A stretch of 64,000 nt of DNA from Auanema rhodensis (Eukaryota; Animalia; Nematoda): the NCBI GenBank assembly GCA_964057225.1, contig OZ059900.1, positions 15,934,001 to 15,998,000 on the forward strand. The letters are read 5' to 3'. The position numbers and the translations under genes are program-made. Below, in pieces: positions 11,355-25,200 of this stretch. How positions within the stretch are numbered: position 1 is the first letter of the stretch; each line of letters starts with the position of its first letter. The notes beneath the pieces are model-generated. The model was given only the letters and a program-made list of their open reading frames with translations, searched no databases and was not told where the DNA came from.

Positions 11355-14300
11355 TTTTTTCTTTTTTTCTAACCCCTGTTTTTTTGTCGTGAAAGTGGAA
11401 CTAGACGTTGTGCGAACAATTTTGAGCTAGGTTTCATTGACATTGCATGAGTTTGAACACATGAAATCGTAAGTCAAAACCTTGTTTACAGCGAAATTTC
11501 CAAAAACTGGTTTTCCAGCATGATAAAATATTTCTCATGGGAAATACTGTGTTTTTGTATTTTTCTAGTGTTCAGCATGTAAAATGCTTCATTTTAGTAT
11601 GTAACACGCTGAAATTCGTTGCATTTGACGACTCATATGAACAAAAATCGATTTAATCAATATTAGCCATAAGGGGCGTGCCCTCAGAATATGCTAATTT
11701 CCTTAATTTTCTAACCCCTGTTTTTTTGTCGTGAAAGTGGAACTAGACGTTGTACAAACAATTTTGAGCTAGGTTTCATTGACATTGCATGAGTTTGAAC
11801 ACATGAAATCGTAAGTCAAAACCTTGTTTACAGCGAAATTTCCAAAAACTGGTTTTCCAGCATGATAAAATATTTCTCATGGGAAATACTGTGTTTTTGT
11901 ATTTTTCTAGTGTTCAGCATGTAAAATGCTTCATTTTAGTATGTAACACGCTGAAATTCGTTGCATTTGACGACTCATATGAACAAAAATCGATTTAATC
12001 AATATTAGCCATAAGGGGCGTGCCCTCAGAATATGCTAATTTCCTTAATTTTCTACCCCCTGTTTTTTTGTCGTGAAAGTGGAACTAGACGTTGTACAAA
12101 CAATTTTGAGCTAGGTTTCATTGACATTGCATGAGTTTGAACACATGAAATCGTAAGTCAAAACCTTGTTTACAGCGAAATTTCCAAAAACTGGTTTTCC
12201 AGCATAATAAAATATTTCTCATGAGAAATACTGTGTTTTTGTATTTTTCTAGTGTTCAGCATGTAAAATGCTTCATTTTAGTATGTAACACGCTGAAATT
12301 CGTTGCATTTGACGACTCATATGAACAAAAATCGATTTAATCAATATTAGCCATAAGGGGCGTGCCCTCAGAATATGCTAATTTCCTTAATTTTCTAACC
12401 CCTGTTTTTTTGTCGTGAAAGTGGAACTAGACGTTGTACAAACAATTTTGAGCTAGGTTTCATTGACATTGCATGAGTTTGAACACATGAAATCGTAAGT
12501 CAAAACCTTGTTTACAGCGAAATTTCCAAAAACTGGTTTTCCAGCATAATAAAATATTTCTCATGAGAAATACTGTGTTTTTGTATTTTTCTAGTGTTCA
12601 GCATGTAAAATGCTTCATTTTAGTATGTAACACGCTGAAATTCGTTGCATTTGACGACTCATATGAACAAAAATCGATTTAATCAATATTAGCCATAAGG
12701 GGCGTGCCCTCAGAATATGCTAATTTCCTTAATTTTCTAACCCCTGTTTTTTTGTCGTGAAAGTGGAACTAGACGTTGTACGAACAATTTTGAGCTAGGT
12801 TTCATTGACATTGCATGAGTTTGAACACATGAAATCGTAAGTCAAAACCTTGTTTACAGCGAAATTTCCAAAAACTGCTTTTCCAGCATAATAAAATATT
12901 TCTCATGGGAAATACTGTGTTTTTGTATTTTTCTAGTGTTCAGCATGTAAAATGCTTCATTTTAGTATGTAACACGCTGAAATTCGTTGCATTTGACGAC
13001 TCATATGAACAAAAATCGATTTAATCAATATTAGCCATAAGGGGCGTGCCCTCAGAATATGCTAATTTCCTTAATTTTCTAACCCCTGTTTTTTTGTCGT
13101 GAAAGTGGAACTAGACGTTGTACAAACAATTTTGAGCTAGGTTTCATTGACATTGCATGAGTTTGAACACATGAAATCGTAAGTCAAAACCTTGTTTACA
13201 GCGAAATTTCCAAAAACTGGTTTTCCAGCATAGTAAAATATTTCTCATGAGAAATACTGTGTTTTTGTATTTTTCTAGTGTTCAGCATGTAAAATGCTTC
13301 ATTTTAGTATGTAACACGCTGAAATTCGTTGCATTTGACGACTCATATGAACAAAAATCGATTTAATCAATATTAGCCATAAGGGGCGTGCCCTCAGAAT
13401 ATGCTAATTTCCTTAATTTTCTAACCCCTGTTTTTTTGTCGTGAAAGTGGAACTAGACGTTGTACGAACAATTTTGAGCTAGGTTTCATTGACATTGCAT
13501 GAGTTTGAACACATGAAATCGTAAGTCAAAACCTTGTTTACAGCGAAATTTCCAAAAACTGGTTTTCCAGCATAATAAAATATTTCTCATGGGAAATACT
13601 GTGTTTTTGTATTTTTCTAGTGTTCAGCATGTAAAATGCTTCATTTTAGTATGTAACACGCTGAAATTCGTTGCATTTGACGACTCATATGAACAAAAAT
13701 CGATTTAATCAATATTAGCCATAAGGGGCGTGCCCTCAGAATATGCTAATTTCCTTAATTTTCTAACCCCTGTTTTTTTGTCGTGAAAGTGGAACTAGAC
13801 GTTGTACGAACAATTTTGAGCTAAGTTTCATTGACATTGCATGAGTTTGAACACATGAAATCGTAAGTCAAAACCTTGTTTACAGCGAAATTTCCAAAAA
13901 CTGGTTTTCCAGCATAATAAAATATTTCTCATGGGAAATACTGTGTTTTTGTTTTTTTCTAGTGTTCAGCATGTAAAATGCTTCATTTTAGTATGTAACA
14001 CGCTGAAATTCGTTGCATTTGACGACTCATATGAACAAAAATCGATTTAATCAATATTAGCCATAAGGGGCGTGCCCTCAGAATATGCTAATTTCCTTAA
14101 TTTTCTAACCCCTGTTTTTTTGTCGTGAAAGTGGAACTAGACGTTGTAGGAACAATTTTGAGCTAGGTTTCATTGACATTGCATGAGTTTGAACACATGA
14201 AATCGTAAGTCAAAACCTTGTTTACAGCGAAATTTCCAAAAACTGGTTTTCCAGCATAATAAAATATTTCTCATGGGAAATACTGTGTTTTTGTATTTTT

Positions 14301-15657
14301 TCAGTGTTCAGCATGTGAAATGCTTCATTTTAGTATGTAACACGCTGAAATTCGTTGCATTTGACGACTCATATGAACAAAAATCGATTTAATCAATATT
14401 AGCCATAAGGGGCGTGCCCTCAGAATATGCTAATTTCCTTAATTTTCTAACCCCTGTTTTGTTGTCGTGAAAGTGGAACTAGACGTTGTAGGAACAATTT
14501 TGAGCTAGGTTTCATTGACATTGCATGAGTTTGAACACATGAAATCGTAAGTCAAAACCTTGTTTACAGCGAAATTTCCAAAAACTGGTTTTCCAGCATA
14601 ATAAAATATTTCTCATGGGAAATACTGTGTTTTTGTATTTTTCTAGTGTTCAGCATGTAAAATGCTTCATTTTAGTATGTAACACGCTGAAATTCGTTGC
14701 ATTTGACGACTCATATGAACAAAAATCGATTTAATCAATATTAGCCATAAGGGGCGTGCCCTCAGAATATGCTAATTTCCTTAATTTTCTAACCCCTGTT
14801 TTTTTGTCGTGAAAGTGGAACTAGACGTTGTAGGAACATTTTTGAGCTAGGTTTCATTGACATTGCATGAGTTTGAACACATGAAATCGTAAGTCAAAAC
14901 CTTGTTTACAGCGAAATTTCCAAAAACTGGTTTTCCAGCATAATAAAATATTTCTCATGGGAAATACTGTGTTTTTGTATTTTTTTAGTGTTCAGCATGT
15001 AAAATGCTTCATTTTAGTATGTAACACGCTGAAATTAATTGCATTTGACGACTCATATGAACAAAAATCGATTTAATCAATATTAGCCATAAGGGGCGTG
15101 CCCTCAGAATATGCTAATTTCCTTAATTTTCTAACCCCTGTTTTTTTGTCGTGAAAGTGGAACTAGACGTTGTACGAACAATTTTGAGCTAGGTTTCATT
15201 GACATTGCATGAGTTTGAACACATGAAATCGTAAGTCAAAACCTTGTTTACAGCGAACTTTCCAAAAACTGGTTTTCCAGCATAATAAAATATTTCTCAT
15301 GGGAAATACTGTGTTTTTGTATTTTTCTAGTGTTCAGCATGTGAAATGCTTCATTTTAGTATGTAACACGCTGAAATTCGTTGCATTTGACGACTCATAT
15401 GAACAAAAATCGATTTAATCAATATTAGCCATAAGGGGCGTGCCCTCAGAATATGCTAATTTCCTTAATTTTCTAACCCCTGTATTGTTGTCGTTAAAGT
15501 GGAACTAGACGTTGTAGGAACAATTTTGAGCTAGGTTTCAAATTTCCAAAAACTGGTTTTCCAGCATAATAAAATATTTCTCATGGGAAATACTGTGTTT
15601 TTGTATTTTTCTAGTGTTCAGCATGTAAAATGCTTCATTTTAGTATGTAACACGCTG

Positions 15658-16820
15658 AAATACAAAAACACAGTATTTCCCATGAGAAATATTTTATTAT
15701 GCTGGAAAACCAGTTTTTGGAAATTTCGCTGTAAACAAGGTTTTGACTTACGATTTCATGTGTTCAAACTCATGCAATGTCAATGAAACCTAGCTCAAAA
15801 TTGTTCGTACAACGTCTAGTTCCACTTTCACGACAAAAAAACAGGGGTTAGAAAATTAAGGAAATTAGCATATTCTGAGGGCACGCCCCTTATGGCTAAT
15901 ATTGATTAAATCGATTTTTGTTCATATGAGTCGTCAAATGCAACTAATTTCAGCGTGTTACATACTAAAATGAAGCATTTTACATGCTGAACACTAGAAA
16001 AATACAAAAACACAGTATTTCCCATGAGAAATATTTTATTATGCTGGAAAACCAGTTTTTGGAAATTTCGCTGTAAACAAGGTTTTGACTTACGATTTCA
16101 TGTGTTCAAACTCATGCAATGTCAATGAAACCTAGCTCAAAATTGTTCCTACAACGTCTAGTTCCACTTTCACGACAAAAAACAGGGGTTAGAAAATTAA
16201 GGAAATTAGCATATTCTGAGGGCACGCCCCTTATGGCTAATATTGATTAAATCGATTTTTGTTCATATGAGTCGTCAAATGCAACGAATTTCAGCGTGTT
16301 ACATACTAAAATGAAGCATTTTACATGCTGAACACTAGAAAAATACAAAAACACAGTATTTCCCATGAGAAATATTTTATTATGCTGGAAAACCAGTTTT
16401 TGGAAATTTCGCTGTAAACAAGGTTTTGACTTACGATTTCATGTGTTCAAACTCATGCAATGTCAATGAAACCTAGCTCAAAAGTGTTCCTACAACGTCT
16501 AGTTCCACTTTCACGACAACAAAACAGGGGTTAGAAAATTAAGGAAATTAGCATATTCTGAGGGCACGCCCCTTATGGCTAATATTGATTAAATCGATTT
16601 TTGTTCATATGAGTCGTCAAATGCAACGAATTTCAGCGTGTTACATACTAAAATGAAGCATTTCACATGCTGAACACTAGAAAAATACAAAAACACAGTA
16701 TTTCCTATGAGAAATATTTTATTATGCTGGAAAACCAGTTTTTTGAAATTTCGCTGTAAACAAGGTTTTGACTTACGATTTCATGTGTTCAAACTCATGC
16801 AATGTCAATGAAACCTAGCT
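15658..16820 (-). repeat. Inverted satellite block 3 (1163 bp)
   Basis: Same junctions as block 1, offset 7513 bp; shares the GCAACTAATTTC variant with block 1. Confidence 0.97.
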
Positions 16821-18046
16821 TTTTTTCTTTTTTTCTAACCCCTGTTTTTTTGTCGTGAAAGTGGAACTAGACGTTGTGCGAACAATTTTGAGCTAGGTTT
16901 CATTGACATTGCATGAGTTTGAACACATGAAATCGTAAGTCAAAACCTTGTTTACAGCGAAATTTCCAAAAACTGGTTTTCCAGCATGATAAAATATTTC
17001 TCATGGGAAATACTGTGTTTTTGTATTTTTCTAGTGTTCAGCATGTAAAATGCTTCATTTTAGTATGTAACACGCTGAAATTCGTTGCATTTGACGACTC
17101 ATATGAACAAAAATCGATTTAATCAATATTAGCCATAAGGGGCGTGCCCTCAGAATATGCTAATTTCCTTAATTTTCTAACCCCTGTTTTTTTGTCGTGA
17201 AAGTGGAACTAGACGTTGTACAAACAATTTTGAGCTAGGTTTCATTGACATTGCATGAGTTTGAACACATGAAATCGTAAGTCAAAACCTTGTTTACAGC
17301 GAAATTTCCAAAAACTGGTTTTCCAGCATGATAAAATATTTCTCATGGGAAATACTGTGTTTTTGTATTTTTCTAGTGTTCAGCATGTAAAATGCTTCAT
17401 TTTAGTATGTAACACGCTGAAATTCGTTGCATTTGACGACTCATATGAACAAAAATCGATTTAATCAATATTAGCCATAAGGGGCGTGCCCCTCAGAATA
17501 TGCTAATTTCCTTAATTTTCTACCCCCTGTTTTTTTGTCGTGAAAGTGGAACTAGACGTTGTACAAACAATTTTGAGCTAGGTTTCATTGACATTGCATG
17601 AGTTTGAACACATGAAATCGTAAGTCAAAACCTTGTTTACAGCGAAATTTCCAAAAACTGGTTTTCCAGCATAATAAAATATTTCTCATGAGAAATACTG
17701 TGTTTTTGTATTTTTCTAGTGTTCAGCATGTGAAATGCTTCATTTTAGTATGTAACACGCTGAAATTCGTTGCATTTGACGACTCATATGAACAAAAATC
17801 GATTTAATCAATATTAGCCATAAGGGGCGTGCCCTCAGAATATGCTAATTTCCTTAATTTTCTAACCCCTGTATTGTTGTCGTTAAAGTGGAACTAGACG
17901 TTGTAGGAACAATTTTGAGCTAGGTTTCAAATTTCCAAAAACTGGTTTTCCAGCATAATAAAATATTTCTCATGGGAAATACTGTGTTTTTGTATTTTTC
18001 TAGTGTTCAGCATGTAAAATGCTTCATTTTAGTATGTAACACGCTG

Positions 18047-19209
18047 AAATACAAAAACACAGTATTTCCCATGAGAAATATTTTATTATGCTGGAAAACC
18101 AGTTTTTGGAAATTTCGCTGTAAACAAGGTTTTGACTTACGATTTCATGTGTTCAAACTCATGCAATGTCAATGAAACCTAGCTCAAAATCGTTCGTACA
18201 ACGTCTAGTTCCACTTTCACGACAAAAAAACAGGGGTTAGAAAATTAAGGAAATTAGCATATTCTGAGGGCACGCCCCTTATGGCTAATATTGATTAAAT
18301 CGATTTTTGTTCATATGAGTCGTCAAATGCAACGAATTTCAGCGTGTTACATACTAAAATGAAGCATTTTACATGCTGAACACTAGAAAAATACAAAAAC
18401 ACAGTATTTCCCATGAGAAATATTTTATTATGCTGGAAAACCAGTTTTTGGAAATTTCGCTGTAAACAAGGTTTTGACTTACGATTTCATGTGTTCAAAC
18501 TCATGCAATGTCAATGAAACCTAGCTCAAAATTGTTCCTACAACGTCTAGTTCCACTTTCACGACAAAAAACAGGGGTTAGAAAATTAAGGAAATTAGCA
18601 TATTCTGAGGGCACGCCCCTTATGGCTAATATTGATTAAATCGATTTTTGTTCATATGAGTCGTCAAATGCAACGAATTTCAGCGTGTTACATACTAAAA
18701 TGAAGCATTTTACATGCTGAACACTAGAAAAATACAAAAACACAGTATTTCCCATGAGAAATATTTTATTATGCTGGAAAACCAGTTTTTGGAAATTTCG
18801 CTGTAAACAAGGTTTTGACTTACGATTTCATGTGTTCAAACTCATGCAATGTCAATGAAACCTAGCTCAAAATTGTTCCTACAACGTCTAGTTCCACTTT
18901 CACGACAACAAAACAGGGGTTAGAAAATTAAGGAAATTAGCATATTCTGAGGGCACGCCCCTTATGGCTAATATTGATTAAATCGATTTTTGTTCATATG
19001 AGTCGTCAAATGCAACGAATTTCAGCGTGTTACATACTAAAATGAAGCATTTCACATGCTGAACACTAGAAAAATACAAAAACACAGTATTTCCTATGAG
19101 AAATATTTTATTATGCTGGAAAACCAGTTTTTTGAAATTTCGCTGTAAACAAGGTTTTGACTTACGATTTCATGTGTTCAAACTCATGCAATGTCAATGA
19201 AACCTAGCT
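18047..19209 (-). repeat. Inverted satellite block 4 (1163 bp)
   Basis: Same junctions; shares the CAAAATCGTTCG variant with block 2 (10677 and 18191). Confidence 0.97.
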
Positions 19210-22200
19210 TTTTTTCTTTTTTTCTAACCCCTGTTTTTTTGTCGTGAAAGTGGAACTAGACGTTGTGCGAACAATTTTGAGCTAGGTTTCATTGACATTG
19301 CATGAGTTTGAACACATGAAATCGTAAGTCAAAACCTTGTTTACAGCGAAATTTCCAAAAACTGGTTTTCCAGCATGATAAAATATTTCTCATGGGAAAT
19401 ACTGTGTTTTTGTATTTTTCTAGTGTTCAGCATGTAAAATGCTTCATTTTAGTATGTAACACGCTGAAATTCGTTGCATTTGACGACTCATATGAACAAA
19501 AATCGATTTAATCAATATTAGCCATAAGGGGCGTGCCCTCAGAATATGCTAATTTCCTTAATTTTCTAACCCCTGTTTTTTTGTCGTGAAAGTGGAACTA
19601 GACGTTGTACAAACAATTTTGAGCTAGGTTTCATTGACATTGCATGAGTTTGAACACATGAAATCGTAAGTCAAAACCTTGTTTACAGCGAAATTTCCAA
19701 AAACTGGTTTTCCAGCATGATAAAATATTTCTCATGGGAAATACTGTGTTTTTGTATTTTTCTAGTGTTCAGCATGTAAAATGCTTCATTTTAGTATGTA
19801 ACACGCTGAAATTCGTTGCATTTGACGACTCATATGAACAAAAATCGATTTAATCAATATTAGCCATAAGGGGCGTGCCCTCAGAATATGCTAATTTCCT
19901 TAATTTTCTACCCCCTGTTTTTTTGTCGTGAAAGTGGAACTAGACGTTGTACAAACAATTTTGAGCTAGGTTTCATTGACATTGCATGAGTTTGAACACA
20001 TGAAATCGTAAGTCAAAACCTTGTTTACAGCGAAATTTCCAAAAACTGGTTTTCCAGCATAATAAAATATTTCTCATGAGAAATACTGTGTTTTTGTATT
20101 TTTCTAGTGTTCAGCATGTAAAATGCTTCATTTTAGTATGTAACACGCTGAAATTCGTTGCATTTGACGACTCATATGAACAAAAATCGATTTAATCAAT
20201 ATTAGCCATAAGGGGCGTGCCCTCAGAATATGCTAATTTCCTTAATTTTCTAACCCCTGTTTTTTTGTCGTGAAAGTGGAACTAGACGTTGTACGAACAA
20301 TTTTGAGCTAGGTTTCATTGACATTGCATGAGTTTGAACACATGAAATCGTAAGTCAAAACCTTGTTTACAGCGAAATTTCCAAAAACTGCTTTTCCAGC
20401 ATAATAAAATATTTCTCATGGGAAATACTGTGTTTTTGTATTTTTCTAGTGTTCAGCATGTAAAATGCTTCATTTTAGTATGTAACACGCTGAAATTCGT
20501 TGCATTTGACGACTCATATGAACAAAAATCGATTTAATCAATATTAGCCATAAGGGGCGTGCCCTCAGAATATGCTAATTTCCTTAATTTTCTAACCCCT
20601 GTTTTTTTGTCGTGAAAGTGGAACTAGACGTTGTACAAACAATTTTGAGCTAGGTTTCATTGACATTGCATGAGTTTGAACACATGAAATCGTAAGTCAA
20701 AACCTTGTTTACAGCGAAATTTCCAAAAACTGGTTTTCCAGCATAATAAAATATTTCTCATGAGAAATACTGTGTTTTTGTATTTTTCTAGTGTTCAGCA
20801 TGTAAAATGCTTCATTTTAGTATGTAACACGCTGAAATTCGTTGCATTTGACGACTCATATGAACAAAAATCGATTTAATCAATATTAGCCATAAGGGGC
20901 GTGCCCTCAGAATATGCTAATTTCCTTAATTTTCTAACCCCTGTTTTTTTGTCGTGAAAGTGGAACTAGACGTTGTACGAACAATTTTGAGCTAGGTTTC
21001 ATTGACATTGCATGAGTTTGAACACATGAAATCGTAAGTCAAAACCTTGTTTACAGCGAAATTTCCAAAAACTGGTTTTCCAGCATAATAAAATATTTCT
21101 CATGGGAAATACTGTGTTTTTGTATTTTTCTAGTGTTCAGCATGTAAAATGCTTCATTTTAGTATGTAACACGCTGAAATTCGTTGCATTTGACGACTCA
21201 TATGAACAAAAATCGATTTAATCAATATTAGCCATAAGGGGCGTGCCCTCAGAATATGCTAATTTCCTTAATTTTCTAACCCCTGTTTTTTTGTCGTGAA
21301 AGTGGAACTAGACGTTGTACGAACAATTTTGAGCTAAGTTTCATTGACATTGCATGAGTTTGAACACATGAAATCGTAAGTCAAAACCTTGTTTACAGCG
21401 AAATTTCCAAAAACTGGTTTTCCAGCATAATAAAATATTTCTCATGGGAAATACTGTGTTTTTGTTTTTTTCTAGTGTTCAGCATGTAAAATGCTTCATT
21501 TTAGTATGTAACACGCTGAAATTCGTTGCATTTGACGACTCATATGAACAAAAATCGATTTAATCAATATTAGCCATAAGGGGCGTGCCCTCAGAATATG
21601 CTAATTTCCTTAATTTTCTAACCCCTGTTTTTTTGTCGTGAAAGTGGAACTAGACGTTGTACGAACAATTTTGAGCTAGGTTTCATTGACATTGCATGAG
21701 TTTGAACACATGAAATCGTAAGTCAAAACCTTGTTTACAGCGAAATTTCCAAAAACTGGTTTTCCAGCATAATAAAATATTTCTCATGGGAAATACTGTG
21801 TTTTTGTATTTTTCTAGTGTTCAGCATGTAAAATGCTTCATTTTAGTATGTAACACGCTGAAATTCGTTGCATTTGACGACTCATATGAACAAAAATCGA
21901 TTTAATCAATATTAGCCATAAGGGGCGTGCCCTCAGAATATGCTAATTTCCTTAATTTTCTAACCCCTGTTTTTTTGTCGTGAAAGTGGAACTAGACGTT
22001 GTACGAACAATTTTGAGCTAAGTTTCATTGACATTGCATGAGTTTGAACACATGAAATCGTAAGTCAAAACCTTGTTTACAGCGAAATTTCCAAAAACTG
22101 GTTTTCCAGCATAATAAAATATTTCTCATGGGAAATACTGTGTTTTTGTTTTTTTCTAGTGTTCAGCATGTAAAATGCTTCATTTTAGTATGTAACACGC

Positions 22201-25200
22201 TGAAATTCGTTGCATTTGACGACTCATATGAACAAAAATCGATTTAATCAATATTAGCCATAAGGGGCGTGCCCTCAGAATATGCTAATTTCCTTAATTT
22301 TCTAACCCCTGTTTTTTTGTCGTGAAAGTGGAACTAGACGTTGTACGAACAATTTTGAGCTAGGTTTCATTGACATTGCATGAGTTTGAACACATGAAAT
22401 CGTAAGTCAAAACCTTGTTTACAGCGAAATTTCCAAAAACTGGTTTTCCAGCATAATAAAATATTTCTCATGGGAAATACTGTGTTTTTGTATTTTTCTA
22501 GTGTTCAGCATGTAAAATGCTTCATTTTAGTATGTAACACGCTGAAATTCGTTGCATTTGACGACTCATATGAACAAAAATCGATTTAATCAATATTAGC
22601 CATAAGGGGCGTGCCCTCAGAATATGCTAATTTCCTTAATTTTCTAACCCCTGTTTTTTTGTCGTGAAAGTGGAACTAGACGTTGTACGAACAATTTTGA
22701 GCTAGGTTTCATTGACATTGCATGAGTTTGAACACATGAAATCGTAAGTCAAAACCTTGTTTACAGCGAAATTTCCAAAAACTGGTTTTCCAGCATAATA
22801 AAATATTTCTCATGGGAAATACTGTGTTTTTGTATTCTTCTAGTGTTCAGCATGTAAAATGCTTCATTTTAGTATGTAACACGATGAAATTCGTTGCATT
22901 TGACGACTCATATGAACAAAAATCGATTTAATCAATATTAGCCATAAGGGGCGTGCCCTCAGAATATGCTAATTTCCTTAATTTTCTAACCCCTGTTTTT
23001 TTGTCGTGAAAGTGGAACTAGACGTTGTACGAACAATTTTGAGCTAGGTTTCATTGACATTGCATGAGTTTGAACACATGAAATCGTAAGTCAAAACCTT
23101 GTTTACAGCGAAATTTCCAAAAACTGGTTTTCCAGCATAATAAAATATTTCTCATGGGAAATACTGTGTTTTTGTATTTTTCTAGTGTTCAGCATGTAAA
23201 ATGCTTCATTTTAGTATGTAACACGCTGAAATTCGTTGCATTTGACGACTCATATGAACAAAAATCGATTTAATCAATATTAGCCATAAGGGGCGTGCCC
23301 TCAGAATATGCTAATTTCCTTAATTTTCTAACCCCTGTTTTTTTGTCGTGAAAGTGGAACTAGACGTTGTACAAACAATTTTGAGCTAGGTTTCATTGAC
23401 ATTGCATGAGTTTGAAAACATGAAATCGTAAGTCAAAACCTTGTTTACAGCGAAATTTCCAAAAACTGGTTTTCCAGCATAATAAAATATTTCTCATGAG
23501 AAATACTGTGTTTTTGTATTTTTCTAGTGTTCAGCATGTAAAATGCTTCATTTTAGTATGTAACACGCTGAAATTCGTTGCATTTGACGACTCATATGAA
23601 CAAAAATCGATTTAATCAATATTAGCCATAAGGGCCGTGCCCTCAGAATATGCTAATTTCCTTAATTTTCTAACCCCTGTTTTTTTGTCGTGAAAGTGGA
23701 ACTAGACGTTGTACGAACAATTTTGAGCTAGGTTTCATTGACATTGCATGAGTTTGAACACATGAAATCGTAAGTCAAAACCTTGTTTACAGCGAAATTT
23801 CCAAAAACTGGTTTTCCAGCATAATAAAATATTTCTCATGGGAAATACTGTGTTTTTGTATTTTTCTAGTGTTCAGCATGTAAAATGCTTCATTTTAGTA
23901 TGTAACACGCTGAAATTCGTTGCATTTGACGACTCATATGAACAAAAATCGATTTAATCAATATTAGCCATAAGGGGCGTGCCCTCAGAATATGCTAATT
24001 TCCTTAATTTTCTAACCCCTGTTTTTTTGTCGTGAAAGTGGAACTAGACGTTGTACAAACAATTTTGAGCTAGGTTTCATTGACATTGCATGAGTTTGAA
24101 CACATGAAATCGTAAGTCAAAACCTTGTTTACAGCGAAATTTCCAAAAACTGGTTTTCCAGCATAATAAAATATTTCTCATGAGATATACTGTGTTTTTG
24201 TATTTTTCTAGTGTTCAGCATGTAAAATGCTTCATTTTAGTATGTAACACGCTGAAATTCGTTGCATTTGACGACTCATATGAACAAAAATCGATTTAAT
24301 CAATATTAGCCATAAGGGGCGTGCCCTCAGAATATGCTAATTTCCTTAATTTTCTAACCCCTGTTTTTTTGTCGTGAAAGTGGAACTAGACGTTGTACGA
24401 ACAATTTTGAGCTAGGTTTCATTGACATTACATGAGTTTGAACACATGAAATCGTAAGTCAAAACCTTGTTTACAGCGAAATTTCCAAAAACTGGTTTTC
24501 CAGCATAATAAAATATTTCTCATGGGAAATACTGTGTTTTTGTATTCTTCTAGTGTTCAGCATGTAAAATGCTTCATTTTAGTTTGTAACACGCTGAAAT
24601 TCGTTGCATTTGACGACTCATATGAACAAAAATCGATTTAATCAATATTAGCCATAAGGGGCGTGCCCTCAGAATATGCTAATTTCCTTAATTTTCTAAC
24701 CCTTGTTTTTTTGTCGTGAAAGTGGAACTAGACGTTGTACAAACAATTTTGAGCTAGGTTTCATTGACATTGCATGAGTTTGAACACATGAAATCGTAAG
24801 TCAAAACCTTGTTTACAGCGAAATTTCCAAAAACTGGTTTTCCAGCATAATAAAATATTTCTCATGGGAAATACTGTGTTTTTGTTTTTTTCTAGTGTTC
24901 AGCATGTAAAATGCTTCATTTTAGTATGTAACACGCTAAAATTCGTTGCATTTGACGAATCATATGAACAAAAATCGATTTAATCAATATTAGCCATAAG
25001 GGGCGTGCCCTCAGAATATGCTAATTTCCTTAATTTTCTAACCCCTGTTTTTTTGTCGTGAAAGTGGAACTAGACGTTGTACGAACAATTTTGAGCTAGG
25101 TTTCATTGACATTGCATGAGTTTGAACACATGAAATCGTAAGTCAAAACCTTGTTTACAGCGAAATTTCCAAAAACTGCTTTTCCAGCATAATAAAATAT

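Larger units (their letters stand above)
6600..21610. repeat. 7513-bp tandem duplication (copy A ~6600-14100, copy B ~14100-21610), each copy holding two inversion cassettes
   Basis: Markers offset by exactly 7513 bp: 6789/14302 (TTTTCAGTG), 8145/15658, 9307/16820, 12878/20391 (CTGCTTTT), 13824/21337 (CTAAGTTT). Boundaries are approximate. Confidence 0.88.

Noticed and set aside
8145-19209. Inversions as pure sequencing fold-back artefacts
   Set aside because: The four copies have identical complex junctions yet copy-specific SNPs and lengths, and the inverted arm keeps 58 bp missing from the adjacent forward arm. This is unlikely for chimeric reads, though raw-read confirmation is still needed.
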